Origin: Bdellovibrionales bacterium | GTDB taxonomy: Bacteria > Bdellovibrionota > Bdellovibrionia > Bdellovibrionales > JAGQZY01 | Assembly: GCA_031426555.1 (NCBI GenBank) | Contig: JANPLN010000049.1 | Location: 1,223 to 65,222, forward strand | Reading direction: 5' to 3' | Length of the DNA stretch: 64,000 nucleotides | Shown here: piece by piece, positions 7,893 to 18,523 of the stretch | Layout of the letters: each line of letters starts with the position of its first letter | Numbering within the stretch: the stretch's first letter is position 1 | Made by a program: the position numbers and the translations under genes | Notes under the pieces: generated by a model | The model's database searches: none | What the model saw: the letters and a program-made list of their open reading frames with translations, nothing else | What the model was told of the DNA's origin: nothing

Positions 7893-10424
7893 CTATTTTA
7901 AAGCTTTGTAAGTCCCTGTAAAGGGTTTTGCACGTTTGAGATCCACAAAGTAGGTGCTGATTTCGATGGGGTTCTCTTTGAGGGGTGCGCAGTACCCAAC
8001 CAGCTGAACCGTATCTCCCTTAGAGGTTGTTATATTTTTAGTCCAATACTGGGGGATTTCGTCTTTTTTAGCTTCTTCTTTGAGTTTTTGTCGTTTCAGC
8101 GTATCGCGCAAAAAATTGAGTATAAAAAGGGATTGCGAATTCGCAGGCTCTAGCAACACCCCGCACATTTGCGAAGTCCCGTTGATCCATTCCGCACCGA
8201 AGCCCACCCAGTCGGCTTTCAGATCCTTACCTTGATAAAGACCCGTAAGCAATCGTAGTGACTTCATCGTGTTTGGCAAAAGCAACTCAAGATCAAAGGC
8301 TTTCAGTTTCAGCGAATACTTTGTGTTGGTTTTAGTGAGTTCGATTCCTCTGAGGCTCGTTAACTTTTGATTTTCTGGCTGCTGCAAAAAGGTAACGAGC
8401 TCTTGCGGTTCCCAAAAATAAGGGTTCTCTAAAAAGTGGCCCAAAATATGTTCGCGAAAATTGGCCTCCACAAACTGCCTGCGATCTTTATTTTCCACTG
8501 GGAAAATACGAGCGGCGCAGTGCGAGCCTTCAGGCACAGGTAAGCAATAAATGTAAAAATGAATCTGATCGAAGATCTTAAAATTCCAGCGGTGCCATCG
8601 TCGTCCAAGGCCGTCTTCGACCTCGCTTTTTTCCATGGGCTTGTCGAAATTCTTCAGCGTAAAGGTTTTATAGGATTGAGGCCGAATGAAGGCTGAATAG
8701 GTGCCCGACAAAGCACCTTCCTCACCAAAAAAGTTTTTTAAAAATTTGCCCGTGATATCGGGATCAGTCACTTTCGTATTCAACAAAAGTTGGTTGTATA
8801 AACTCCCGTGGGCAAGATCATCCACCGACAGTTTGTTCTTCGCCGTGTTTTTTAAAACGTATTGAATATCTTTGGACGTGGGCTCTGAGAGAGGCACAAA
8901 TTCAATGTTCATCCCATAGGCCTGGAAATCAAATTTCTTTTCTTTTTCAAACTGCTCAACATAGGCGCGAAAGTCTTTGCGGTTTGGACTATCTAAAAAG
9001 CCCGCCACTTTCATGTACAGTCGGCCGTCGTGCTTATAAAAACTATTCTGACTGCTATCGAACTGCGAAGGAAAAATTGCCGGCGTTTTTTCACTCAAAA
9101 AAGAGCGCCAATCGAGGACGACCTGCTTCTTAGCTAACAACGCCTCTTCCACACTCTTGAGTGCCAATGACGACTTTTGTTGAACCTCGGTGAGAATCTT
9201 TTCGCCGATCAACTCAAAAGGGATGGGAGACTCAAATTTGAGCTCAATTTGATCAATCAGCTCGTTCACTTCGGGATATTCGCTGTACTCCGCCAAAAAC
9301 GGTAAAATCTGTTTTTGTAAAAACGAATTCAAATTGAAATTGAATAATTTTTTTACTTTTATTTTTATTTCCTTAGGCTCCGTGTTTTCGACGAATTTTT
9401 TAAAACCTACTTTTAAGTCGTGGCAGGAAGTGCCCAAATTGTAATTTTCGGCACCTGTCGCTGCAAACACCAGCGCGACAATACGACCTTGGGAATCCAG
9501 CAGTGGACCACCGCTATTACCGGGGCTTGCTCCCGCCGAGTAGCGGATGTATTTGATGGTTGGATCGTTGAGGTCTTGGGTTTCGTTGGCCATGATGCCT
9601 TCGCGAATGGCGATTCCCTGGCCGTGGGCATTGCCCAACGTATAGACTGTTTGGCCAATTTTAAAATCGTCGGCAAACTCCAAATATCCGTAAGACTCGG
9701 CGCCCTCGATCTTTAAAAACAGAAAATCCCTCACTGGATCAAAACCCAAAATCTGCTGGGGTTGAAATTTTTTGCCGTCGGCGGTGCGAATTTCGAAGGC
9801 TGTTTGCAAATCTAAAAAATCGCTGCCCCACAAACAATGACTGGCGGTTAAAACCACATTGGGCGCCACAAAAAATCCGGTGCAGTAGCCCATATTTTCA
9901 CGAAAATCAGTGTCGCTAAAACCGCCGTACTCTTTATAATCCTCGACGGCTGCTAAATCTTTTATCTTTTCAAACTCCACCACTTTCGACCGAACATCGG
10001 CGAGCAGCCGGTTTGGATCCGCATGTTTGGATTGGTTTTTTAAAAACATGTACGCAAAAATCGAGATCACAAAAACGGCGGCGACAACCACGAAGCCCAA
10101 CATGATTTTGTGCGATCGCTGTTGGCGCAGGCCGCGCACATCCACATCTCCGGTTTTTTCGGACATGGAGTAAGTCTCTGTGGCCAAATCAATTTGCGAA
10201 GACAGCGCGATGGAACCCTCGTCGTCGATGGTCTGAATTTTTTGTGTGGTGTAGTCTTGATACACCCATTTATTTTGTATCGAGGAGATTTTTCCATGCT
10301 TGCGGTGCAAGGAGGGATGGTTCACTTGGATTTGATTTTCCGGATCGCGACCTATTTCGTAGTCGCCGGACTCCAGTTTCACTGTTTGCAATACCAACCC
10401 ATTAAAGCGAATCACTAATTTCAT
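7893..10424 (-). CDS. FHA domain - TM helix - trypsin-like (S1) serine protease - large uncharacterised C-terminal domain
   Basis: N-terminal FHA pattern (YEIGRDPENQIQVNHPSLHRKHGKI...). Hydrophobic helix IMLGFVVVAAVFVISIFAYMF. S1 triad contexts VLTASHC, RDFLFLKI and GNSGGPLLD. About 480 further residues have no motif I recognise. Confidence 0.75.
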   Translation of the reverse strand: MKLVIRFNGLVLQTVKLESGDYEIGRDPENQIQVNHPSLHRKHGKISSIQNKWVYQDYTTQKIQTIDDEGSIALSSQIDLATETYSMSEKTGDVDVRGLRQQRSHKIMLGFVVVAAVFVISIFAYMFLKNQSKHADPNRLLADVRSKVVEFEKIKDLAAVEDYKEYGGFSDTDFRENMGYCTGFFVAPNVVLTASHCLWGSDFLDLQTAFEIRTADGKKFQPQQILGFDPVRDFLFLKIEGAESYGYLEFADDFKIGQTVYTLGNAHGQGIAIREGIMANETQDLNDPTIKYIRYSAGASPGNSGGPLLDSQGRIVALVFAATGAENYNLGTSCHDLKVGFKKFVENTEPKEIKIKVKKLFNFNLNSFLQKQILPFLAEYSEYPEVNELIDQIELKFESPIPFELIGEKILTEVQQKSSLALKSVEEALLAKKQVVLDWRSFLSEKTPAIFPSQFDSSQNSFYKHDGRLYMKVAGFLDSPNRKDFRAYVEQFEKEKKFDFQAYGMNIEFVPLSEPTSKDIQYVLKNTAKNKLSVDDLAHGSLYNQLLLNTKVTDPDITGKFLKNFFGEEGALSGTYSAFIRPQSYKTFTLKNFDKPMEKSEVEDGLGRRWHRWNFKIFDQIHFYIYCLPVPEGSHCAARIFPVENKDRRQFVEANFREHILGHFLENPYFWEPQELVTFLQQPENQKLTSLRGIELTKTNTKYSLKLKAFDLELLLPNTMKSLRLLTGLYQGKDLKADWVGFGAEWINGTSQMCGVLLEPANSQSLFILNFLRDTLKRQKLKEEAKKDEIPQYWTKNITTSKGDTVQLVGYCAPLKENPIEISTYFVDLKRAKPFTGTYKALK

Positions 10425-10456
10425 AAAACCTCAAGGTACCTTGGGTGTGGCATCTC

Positions 10457-11605
10457 TTAACGGGGACGCGCGCCCAAACTGTGAATCAAATCTGCGGTTT
10501 TTATTTTTCCTAACTCTGTTCGAGGAATCAAGGTCTTTGCGAAAACTCGCTGTATTTTCTGAAACGGAAGAAGTTTTTTTTGAAATTCATCAATCTGCTC
10601 AATTAGCACACAGTCTTCGGTCGCTAACACGAGTTCGCTGCCATCGCGCTCGTTGGGCAAAGAGACAATCACACTGTTCGCAGACAGTTGCTTTTCCTGA
10701 CAAAAACGTTGCCAGAGCTCATTCAGCTCTAGCAGGGAAACCGATTCGCCCTTCACTTTCACAAGCTCTGAGTCGCGACCTAAAAGAAAGAGTTCGTCGT
10801 TTTCAATTTTTCCGCGATCATCGCTTTCAAACCACCCTTGCTGTTTAGGATCCACCCACTGACAAAGTTCCCCGGCGTGTATTGAGTCGGGCATTGGGTC
10901 GGTCAATCGGCGGATGAGCAAATAGCCGGTTAGTAAGCTTGCGCCATAAAATTTAATTTTCTGATCATTGCCACTCTCCCACTTTTCCAAGTGCGGAAGT
11001 CGACGCCAAACCGCGGAAGAGGCCTCTTTGTAGGCGATCATGGCCGAAGTCTCCGTCATTCCATAGGTGCGAATCAGCGGCCACCCGAGCGCTTGCGCCT
11101 GCTGAAAAAGAAAGTCCGTGAGCGCGCCACCGCCTGCAAAAACGCAGCGAAGAGTTGGCGGCGCTTTTTTTTGCGCTTGGACTAAATCGTAAATTTGTGT
11201 GGGAACCAGGGAGGTCACAGTGCTTCTAGTGGATTTCAAACTTTCACAAAACTCATTTACGTCCCACGTGAGTTCGGGGGCTTGCACAAGTTGAGCACCG
11301 CTCACCCTGGCGCGCGTGGATTGCAACAAGCCCGCCACGTGAAAGTTGGGAAGCGTATTAAAAATGACATCTTTGCCCGTGATAGCAAAAAACTGATTCA
11401 CTCCACTGGCAGCGGCTTCCAAAGCTTTTTTGGAGAGGGCCACCATCTTGTAGCGCCCGCCTCTTTGCGACTCGGTGCCCGAGCTCATCACCCAAACATG
11501 GTCTCCACGGTGCCAGTCAAGATGACAGGCGCGCACGAGCCTTTCAATGTGCACTCGCTCCGCTTGTGGCAGTCGTGGATTAAGTAAAATTAAATCGCTG
11601 TCCAC
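10457..11605 (-). CDS. menE: O-succinylbenzoate-CoA ligase (short form)
   Basis: AMP-binding family motifs SSGTES...K, YGMTET and GRDSELVKVKGESV. It occupies the last position of the men operon and overlaps the menC stop by 16 nt. Confidence 0.75.
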   Translation of the reverse strand: MDSDLILLNPRLPQAERVHIERLVRACHLDWHRGDHVWVMSSGTESQRGGRYKMVALSKKALEAAASGVNQFFAITGKDVIFNTLPNFHVAGLLQSTRARVSGAQLVQAPELTWDVNEFCESLKSTRSTVTSLVPTQIYDLVQAQKKAPPTLRCVFAGGGALTDFLFQQAQALGWPLIRTYGMTETSAMIAYKEASSAVWRRLPHLEKWESGNDQKIKFYGASLLTGYLLIRRLTDPMPDSIHAGELCQWVDPKQQGWFESDDRGKIENDELFLLGRDSELVKVKGESVSLLELNELWQRFCQEKQLSANSVIVSLPNERDGSELVLATEDCVLIEQIDEFQKKLLPFQKIQRVFAKTLIPRTELGKIKTADLIHSLGARPR

Positions 11606-12513
11606 GGTTCTCTCTCTAGTAAATCATCAAAACCAATTCCTGTTCCCGGAATGGCATGAAAATAGGCTGTGTTCGTAGACATTTGCGAAAAATACGAATT
11701 TGCTTCAAACAGATGGGCGGACTGCAGGCCGTAATCTCGTGTTTGTCGACCTAAACGTTGCACACTGAACTGCGCTTGCAGCGCAGCAAACGCCTGCCCC
11801 ACGGGGTGATCAAGGGAGTTGGTGATCACATCCTGGGACCGGGCAAATTGGTTCTCGCGCGCGGGTTTAATAATTTTGGCAAAGTGACCTTTCGCCTTTC
11901 GCGCAGAGTTTGTATCGGCACCCATAGCCTGATCCAGCGCTATTTTAATTCCGTACTTGCTCTCAAGCGTCGCCCACTGAGTTTCGTTAAACATGCCAGG
12001 ATCTTCGATCAAATCGATTTGCGATAAAAACAAACTGCTCATTTCTTTTAAAAACGGTTCGGCGTCGACGCCATTAAAATCCAAACGCAAGCGAAACCAA
12101 TTTTTTTCGGCCAAATGCAAACAGAGAGGAATTTCTTTAGCAAAATCTCGTCCCACTTTGAGTTTTAATGTGCGAAAGCCTTGTTCGCGAATCTTTTGTA
12201 ATACGTCGTCCGAGGAAAGGTGTGTCACATCAAGCAAAGTAAAATGACTTCGCAACCGCACGTGCTTGGGCCAGAGACTGCGCTTTTCTTCGCGCGCCAC
12301 CCCGTCGAGGTGAGCAAAAAAAACGCTGCGCTTTAGGAGCGGGTTGAGCTTTCGATTTTGTAGCCGTTGAATATGTTGTTCCACACTGGCGTCGTTAAAC
12401 ACCGGCCAGGGGCGACAGTCCGCATAGCCCGCAGCAAAATCCTGGCTTTGAAGTTTAATTAAAAAACCATCAAGCTTTTTGTCGACCCCATAGGGCGCGA
12501 TCCACAGCCTCAT
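11590..12513 (-). CDS. menC: o-Succinylbenzoate synthase (enolase superfamily)
   Basis: The FRTLKLKVG block and DxN/D metal-ligand spacing are typical of OSBS. Operon context sits between menA and menE, with an ATGA-type overlap to menA. Confidence 0.75.
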   Translation of the reverse strand: MRLWIAPYGVDKKLDGFLIKLQSQDFAAGYADCRPWPVFNDASVEQHIQRLQNRKLNPLLKRSVFFAHLDGVAREEKRSLWPKHVRLRSHFTLLDVTHLSSDDVLQKIREQGFRTLKLKVGRDFAKEIPLCLHLAEKNWFRLRLDFNGVDAEPFLKEMSSLFLSQIDLIEDPGMFNETQWATLESKYGIKIALDQAMGADTNSARKAKGHFAKIIKPARENQFARSQDVITNSLDHPVGQAFAALQAQFSVQRLGRQTRDYGLQSAHLFEANSYFSQMSTNTAYFHAIPGTGIGFDDLLEREPWTAI

Positions 12514-13379
12514 AAAAAACTCGCAAACACAAAACTGATTCCAAAGAGCACGTGCAATCCAGCCGCTTTGCCGAGAGCCCCGACCAGCTCCGCGCGGTCT
12601 TGAAAGCGCAACACGCTTTTTATCAGCTTCACCGCCAGTGGAAGAGTTGCCAAATAGAGTAAAAATAAAAAATCACCGTACATTACCGACCACACAACAA
12701 CAAAAACGTAGGAGCTGAGTAAAAATAAACAGATTTCTGCCTGCACAAAACCATCGCCAAACAACACTGCGAGAGTTCGTTTGCCGACCTTCGCATCCTC
12801 GGGTCGGTCGCGCAAATTATTCAGCGCAATCAGCACGCTCGATAACAGACCCACTTGTAGGCCCAGCCAAAGGCTAGCGCCATTCCAACTTCCCGTAAGA
12901 ATAAAAAAACTTGTGGCCACCGCGATGACACCAAAATACAAAATCACGAACAAATCACCCAATCCCAGATAAGCTAAAGGGAAAGGTCCTCCGGTATAGC
13001 CATAAGCTAAAAGCAACGAACTAATTCCGATGGCCAGAAGCGGCCAGCCGCCTTTGAGCACCAAGGGAATTCCACAAGCCAAAGCCAAAACACAAAATCC
13101 AATGGCCACGGCGTACACGGTGCGCTCACCGATCAGTCCCGATTGAGTCACGCGCACCGGGCCCACGCGAATTTTGTCGGCGCCTTTATGAAAATCAATA
13201 GCATCATTAAAAAGATTGGTCGCAATTTGAATGCTCATCGCAGAGATTAACAAGCACGCGACGAGTGAATAGGTAATCTCATTATTTAAATACCGAGCCA
13301 GCGCCACAGCCACCAGCACCGGCACCAAAGCCGCTGTTAAAGTTTTTAAACGAAACGCCAGCAGCCATGATTTGATCAT
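12510..13379 (-). CDS. menA: 1,4-dihydroxy-2-naphthoate polyprenyltransferase
   Basis: Polytopic membrane protein with the UbiA-family NDAIDFHKGAD motif and a second Asp-rich region NNLRDRPED. Confidence 0.85.
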   Translation of the reverse strand: MIKSWLLAFRLKTLTAALVPVLVAVALARYLNNEITYSLVACLLISAMSIQIATNLFNDAIDFHKGADKIRVGPVRVTQSGLIGERTVYAVAIGFCVLALACGIPLVLKGGWPLLAIGISSLLLAYGYTGGPFPLAYLGLGDLFVILYFGVIAVATSFFILTGSWNGASLWLGLQVGLLSSVLIALNNLRDRPEDAKVGKRTLAVLFGDGFVQAEICLFLLSSYVFVVVWSVMYGDFLFLLYLATLPLAVKLIKSVLRFQDRAELVGALGKAAGLHVLFGISFVFASFL

Positions 13380-13387
13380 CGAGAATC

Positions 13388-14227
13388 CTATGGATAACGA
13401 GGGAATTTGCTAAAGTCGGGCTTGCGCTTTTCGATAAACGCTTGTTTTCCTTCTTTGCCCTCTTCAGAGAGATAATAAAGCAGCGTGGCGTTTCCAGCCA
13501 AATCCAAAAGTCCAATTTGCCCGTCGCAGTCAGCGTTGAGCGACGCTTTTAAAAAGCGCAATGCCATGGGCGAAAGTTCCATCATTTCACGACACCACTG
13601 CATGGTTTCGGTTTCCAGTTCAGCCAGCGGCACAACTTTGTTAACCAAGCCCATCTCAAGAGCCTGTTCGGCGTCGTACTGGCGACACAGAAACCAAATC
13701 TCGCGGGCCTTTTTTTGACCCACAATGCGCGAGAGATAACTGCTTCCTAAACCACCGTCGAAGGAACCGACCCGCGGCCCGGTTTGTCCAAAACGCGCGT
13801 TGTCGGCAGCAATGGAAAGATCGCAAACGACATGCAACACATGGCCGCCGCCAATGGCCCAGCCAGCAACCATGGCCACAACCGGTTTTGGCAAACTGCG
13901 AATCTGTTTTTGTAAATCGAGAACATTGAGGCGCGGAACTCCGTCGCCACCCACATAGCCACCGTCGCCGCGAACTTTTTGATCGCCACCCGAGCAGAAG
14001 GCTTTTCCACCCACGCCCGTCAAAATCACAACACCGATTTTTTCATCGTCGCGAGCGAGATCGAAGGCCTCTTTCAATTCAACAACGGTGCTGGGACGAA
14101 ACGCGTTGTGAACCTCGGGTCGGTTGATGCTGATTTTTGCAATTCCATCTTCCGTGCGTTCGAATAAAATATCTTGGTATTTTTTGATCGAAATCCACGT
14201 CTCGGCAACGGGTGTTTTTTCAGCCAT
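13388..14227 (-). CDS. menB: 1,4-dihydroxy-2-naphthoyl-CoA synthase
   Basis: Crotonase fold with the MenB-specific [15 protein letters not shown] and [26 protein letters not shown] blocks. Confidence 0.92.
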   Translation of the reverse strand: MAEKTPVAETWISIKKYQDILFERTEDGIAKISINRPEVHNAFRPSTVVELKEAFDLARDDEKIGVVILTGVGGKAFCSGGDQKVRGDGGYVGGDGVPRLNVLDLQKQIRSLPKPVVAMVAGWAIGGGHVLHVVCDLSIAADNARFGQTGPRVGSFDGGLGSSYLSRIVGQKKAREIWFLCRQYDAEQALEMGLVNKVVPLAELETETMQWCREMMELSPMALRFLKASLNADCDGQIGLLDLAGNATLLYYLSEEGKEGKQAFIEKRKPDFSKFPRYP

Positions 14228-14263
14228 CGGTTCCTCCCAGGAGTGTGAGTGCTGAACGTGGTT

Positions 14264-14965
14264 TTAGCTCTGTGCGAGCGGATTGGACAGTGATGCGCCT
14301 TGCATCATCGCCGTGATCTCAGCAGAGTGAGAGAGATGCAGGCTGTGACCTCCATCCAGAGGCATAAATTTCCAGGGCAACCCGCGATTTCGTAATGATT
14401 TGGCATAATTTGCAAATTTACTGTCCTTCTCGCCGTAAACGTAGGTCACCGGGAACGGTGCTTTTTTTAGAAGCTCCATTTGCTCGTCTTGCAACCCAAG
14501 AGACCAGTTGGTCATAGCCGCAGCCAAAATTTCGCGATTGAAGGTTTTTTCGAAACGCAGGGGGCGCACGCTGTCGGACTGAAACACCGTTTGCGCATTC
14601 CACTCCCGCATCAAGGGCGCCCAGTCGTCTTTTAAAAACTGCTCGGACCATTTATGATCTGCTTTGAGACGTAATTTTTTTTCGGCGCTGGAATCCAAAC
14701 CACCGTGCACCGATACCAATATCAGTTGTTTGATTCGCGACCATTGCTCTTGCGGCCAATGAAGGGCAATACGCCCCCCAAGAGAGTATCCCACGATGGT
14801 CAGCTGCTCTCTAGAAATCGTTTTTGCCAATTGCTCCCCCGCTTGGGTGAGGGTGGTGTATTTTTGCGGAGAAACATCAGTCCACAAATCGACTTTTTCG
14901 TCGGCGGTGAAGGCTTGCCAGTCGGAAGGAAGTCCTAAAAAACCGTGCACAAGAATTGATTTCAT
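14264..14965 (-). CDS. menH: SHCHC synthase (alpha/beta hydrolase)
   Basis: GYSLGGRIA nucleophile elbow and an HGFLG oxyanion region. It lies between menD and menB. The start at ATG 14965 overlaps the menD stop by 1 nt (TAATG). Confidence 0.7.
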   Translation of the reverse strand: MKSILVHGFLGLPSDWQAFTADEKVDLWTDVSPQKYTTLTQAGEQLAKTISREQLTIVGYSLGGRIALHWPQEQWSRIKQLILVSVHGGLDSSAEKKLRLKADHKWSEQFLKDDWAPLMREWNAQTVFQSDSVRPLRFEKTFNREILAAAMTNWSLGLQDEQMELLKKAPFPVTYVYGEKDSKFANYAKSLRNRGLPWKFMPLDGGHSLHLSHSAEITAMMQGASLSNPLAQS

Positions 14966-16512
14966 TATTTCATCTCCCACAAGCGATCATCGTCGAGCCA
15001 AAAATTTTGCGTCTGTTCGTCGGAAGGCTGAAGCTCAATGCAATCACCGCTTGGTAGGCTCCACATTCTTGCCCAATCGGAAAAATGGATTTTATGTTCG
15101 TTATAAAATATTTTTTTATTAAACAGACGTTCGAAAATTTTACCACCGCTGTTATTGAGCACAACAAGTTTTAAGGGATGGGGTTGTTTTTGCCAAAACC
15201 ACAGGGCATTGGCGTCGTAGAGAGTGGTGAGATCTCCCAAAAGCACCCAAAGATTTTTTTTCGGCTGCAAAAATCCCAACGCGGTGGAGAGCTGACCATC
15301 GATGCCATTGGCTCCCCGATTGGCTTGAACAAAAATTTCTTTATCGCGCACTGCAAACCCGTCCCACTCGCGAATCGGAAGGCTGTTGCCCACATACACC
15401 GTTCCGCAGTTGGCATCGGCTGTGATTTGCTTCGACAAGGCATGCACCAAAGCGGGTTCACTTTGCGGATAGCGCGCCAATAGCGCCTGCCGCTTTTGCA
15501 AATAGAAATTATCTTTTTCTTGAGCCGACACGAAAAACTTTTCATCAAAAAAAGGAGTTGCGAGCTTCGGCAAAGTCTCCTCGAGATTCACGCAAAAAAA
15601 CTCTCCTCGCGCCAAACCCGAAAAAGGGCGTCGCGAAAGGGAAAACACCGGCAAGTCTGATTTTTCCAAGTTACGCCAGGCGCGCGCCGTCGGCACGCCA
15701 CCAAGGCGTATCACACTGTCTACGGCTCCTGAGGAAAGCATTTGTTGCAAACGTTTGTCGCCCGACAAAATCATTCCGGGGTGTTGGAGTTCACGAAGTC
15801 CACTGGTTCCCTCGGCGTAGATCCATCCCGGCCAGCGCTTTAGCCACTGGCGAACCGCTGGAATTTCTTTGGCGGTCAGTGTACTTACGAAAACGACTGC
15901 ACGCGGACATTTTTTACAGAAACTTTCCCAGGCCGCTTCTGCGGCGTTCGAAGACGGCGAAGGTTTTTTAAAAGATATTTTTGCGCTGTTGTCTGCGCTG
16001 AATTTTAAGAGCGCGGTCTCGTCGGAAACAAGAGGTTCATCAAAACAAATGTTCAACTGCAACGAACTCCGCATCTGCCACGCGGGCTCAACAAATTCAC
16101 CCTCCATGTCCACACAGTTTTCCACATAGGTGGTAAAAATTCCCACTTGCTCCACGGTTTGCGGCGCCCCGGTCCCGCGCATGCGGCGAGGACGATCCGC
16201 CGAAATCACAATGAGTGGCGTGCTCGTGTAGTGCGCCTCCATCACTGCCGGCAAAAGTTCGGCGACCGCTGTGCCCGATGTAACGATGACGGCCACCGGA
16301 GCCTGTGTGTTTTGCGAACGGCCAAGGGCGTAAAAACCCGTAGCTCGCTCGTCAAAACCAGAATGAATAGCAAAGGGAGAATCATTTTCTAGAGCGACGA
16401 CAAAGGGCGAATTTCTTCCGCCCGGGCACAAACAAATTTCGCGCACACCAACACTCCACAACCATTGCAGGGTTTGTTGCACGACGCTCGCGTTGTTTGC
16501 GGAGTTTTTCAT
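14965..16512 (-). CDS. menD: SEPHCHC synthase (ThDP-dependent)
   Basis: ThDP-binding GDLTTLYDANAL...NN motif and an N-terminal PYR domain (CPGGRNSP). The start was trimmed to MKNSANN (16512), giving an ATGA overlap with the menF stop. Confidence 0.88.
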   Translation of the reverse strand: MKNSANNASVVQQTLQWLWSVGVREICLCPGGRNSPFVVALENDSPFAIHSGFDERATGFYALGRSQNTQAPVAVIVTSGTAVAELLPAVMEAHYTSTPLIVISADRPRRMRGTGAPQTVEQVGIFTTYVENCVDMEGEFVEPAWQMRSSLQLNICFDEPLVSDETALLKFSADNSAKISFKKPSPSSNAAEAAWESFCKKCPRAVVFVSTLTAKEIPAVRQWLKRWPGWIYAEGTSGLRELQHPGMILSGDKRLQQMLSSGAVDSVIRLGGVPTARAWRNLEKSDLPVFSLSRRPFSGLARGEFFCVNLEETLPKLATPFFDEKFFVSAQEKDNFYLQKRQALLARYPQSEPALVHALSKQITADANCGTVYVGNSLPIREWDGFAVRDKEIFVQANRGANGIDGQLSTALGFLQPKKNLWVLLGDLTTLYDANALWFWQKQPHPLKLVVLNNSGGKIFERLFNKKIFYNEHKIHFSDWARMWSLPSGDCIELQPSDEQTQNFWLDDDRLWEMK

Positions 16513-17579
16513 AATTGAAACGTCTTTCGCACCGAATCTCTTTTTGCGCGCAGCTCTTGCCACTCTTCGGCAAACTGGCTTTCTTCAACAATCCCACAGC
16601 CATTACCAATAAAGTAATGACGGGCATCCCACTGAATTTTGCGAATAGCCACAAGGCATAAATACTCGGTGGCACTCCAGCGAATGCCAAACGGCGCTCC
16701 CAAAATATCACTCTGGTGACGCCATTTTTTAAGAAGCTCCATCTGCTCCCGTGGAACAATTCCCAACGCCGGGGTGGGATGTAGCGCTGCGATCATTTGT
16801 TCAAAAGAAAGATCGGTGGCGCTTGTGACTTGCAAGGGCGTGTAAAGATGTGTGAGAAAATTGAGCTCTAAAAATGCGGTTTTTCCAACTTTGGTTTTGC
16901 CAAAGTCTTTCAATCTGTTGACGATGTCGTCGACAACGTACTGATGCTCTTTCAACTCTTTGGGGTCGCGTAAAAAGTCTTCGGGATCCTGCTGGTAGTG
17001 TTCTTTTTTCCGGGTCCCAGCCAGGGCCATGGTTTTGATCACATTTTTGTTTTCGCGCAAAAATAAAACTTCGGGACTAAAACCAAAAAACCCGTGTTCT
17101 TTATGCCAGTGGCCGTAAACATAGGTGTTCACTGGCGACATTTTCAAGGCCCGTAAAATAGCGATGGCCGGAGGGATGGTTTTTGCCGCCTGCGCTGTAA
17201 CGATAGGTACTGCTTTTTGAATTTTTTTACTTTTGATTTCTTTTTTGATGTCTTGAAAAACTTTTTTAAAAGCGGCCTCGGAAGGCTCTTCCCAGTAGGT
17301 CTCGGCAGTGGCGGTCTCCGCCGTTTTGTCGATCACTTGGCGCTTCAGTTCGTCCACCACCAGGGTTTTCCAGTCTTTCCACACAAACCTTTCCGAGTTG
17401 GGGTACTGCAACCAGGGTTCCGAACCGTCGCGAAAGAATGTCGTATGAAAAAAGGCTGGGCCGGTGGTCAGGGCTTCACGCTTTGCGGACGTGGGCTTGC
17501 CCCAGTGGACTTCGACCCACTTGCCTACTTTGCCGATGATTGAGCCCTGTTCTAGCCAGGAATTGAATGAAAAGCCCAT
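16509..17579 (-). CDS. menF: Isochorismate synthase (short form)
   Basis: Chorismate-binding family signature ALHPTPALGIVP and GAPFG...GNGCGIV. It is the first gene of the men operon. Confidence 0.8.
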   Translation of the reverse strand: MGFSFNSWLEQGSIIGKVGKWVEVHWGKPTSAKREALTTGPAFFHTTFFRDGSEPWLQYPNSERFVWKDWKTLVVDELKRQVIDKTAETATAETYWEEPSEAAFKKVFQDIKKEIKSKKIQKAVPIVTAQAAKTIPPAIAILRALKMSPVNTYVYGHWHKEHGFFGFSPEVLFLRENKNVIKTMALAGTRKKEHYQQDPEDFLRDPKELKEHQYVVDDIVNRLKDFGKTKVGKTAFLELNFLTHLYTPLQVTSATDLSFEQMIAALHPTPALGIVPREQMELLKKWRHQSDILGAPFGIRWSATEYLCLVAIRKIQWDARHYFIGNGCGIVEESQFAEEWQELRAKRDSVRKTFQL

Positions 17580-17704
17580 TCCACCGGTTTACCACTGGCT
17601 TTTGAGCGAGGAAAGCCAAGATGTGAACTTGGGCTTAAATGCGGTGCATAAAGGCGCATCGCCTGTTTTGTAAACGCTTTCACACTCTGTTATCTTTCGC
17701 GGTG

Positions 17705-18523
17705 ATGAATAAAACGGCGACTACCACAGCAGCTCCTGCGTCCATTTCAATGGGTTCAATCTCCTTAAAACCAGATGGTTTTTACGTGATAGCTGGTCCC
17801 TGTTCCATTGAATCCCCAGCGCAATTTAAAGAAACCGCGCAGTTTGTTAAAGAATATGGTGCCTGCATCCTACGCGGTGGCATTTTTAAAATGCGCACCA
17901 ATCCCGAAAGCTTTCAGGGCGTGGGTCTCGACGCCTTAAGCTGGGTTCGCGAAATTAAAAACGAACTTCGTATGCCTTTGATGTCCGAAATCACCGATCC
18001 CCGCCAACTCCCTGCCATGATCGATTTTTTGGATGCCTTTCAGGTGGGCTCGCGCAACATGTACAACTACGAACTTTTAAAAGATTTAGGAAAACAAAAT
18101 AAACCGGTTCTTTTAAAGCGCGGTTTCTCGGCCTTATTAGACGAGTGGACCAAAGCGGCTCAATACATCGTTCAGGGCGGCAACCAATCTGTCATGCTGT
18201 GCGAACGCGGCATTCGAACTTTCGAAACCAAAATGCGCAACACTTTGGATCTGGCTTCGGTGGCTTATTTAAAAGCCCACGAATCCTATCCTGTCATTGT
18301 GGATCCTTCCCATGGAACTGGCGCTCCTGAACTTATCGCCCCCATGGCGTGCGCGGCCATCGCTGCTGGCGCCAATGGAATCATGATCGAGGTTCATCCC
18401 GATCCAAGCCGCGCTCTGTCCGATGGATTTCAAGCCTTAAACTTCGCGGCGTTTAAAAATCTTATGATACAAATAAAGCCGTTTGTGGAAGCTGCCGGAA
18501 AGACATTGATCACCCATGTATAA
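17705..18523 (+). CDS. 3-deoxy-7-phosphoheptulonate (DAHP) synthase, type I-beta
   Basis: [29 protein letters not shown] and VDPSHGTG match the I-beta DAHPS pattern rather than KDO8PS. The start was taken at MNKTATT (17705). Confidence 0.8.
   Translation: MNKTATTTAAPASISMGSISLKPDGFYVIAGPCSIESPAQFKETAQFVKEYGACILRGGIFKMRTNPESFQGVGLDALSWVREIKNELRMPLMSEITDPRQLPAMIDFLDAFQVGSRNMYNYELLKDLGKQNKPVLLKRGFSALLDEWTKAAQYIVQGGNQSVMLCERGIRTFETKMRNTLDLASVAYLKAHESYPVIVDPSHGTGAPELIAPMACAAIAAGANGIMIEVHPDPSRALSDGFQALNFAAFKNLMIQIKPFVEAAGKTLITHV

Noticed and set aside
10441-10848. A 135-aa plus-strand ORF at the 3' end of menE
   Set aside because: It is antisense to menE (AMP-binding motifs). It has no RBS and no motif.
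16382-16759. A 125-aa minus-strand ORF spanning the menF/menD junction in a third frame
   Set aside because: It overlaps two well-supported genes out of frame and has no supporting features.
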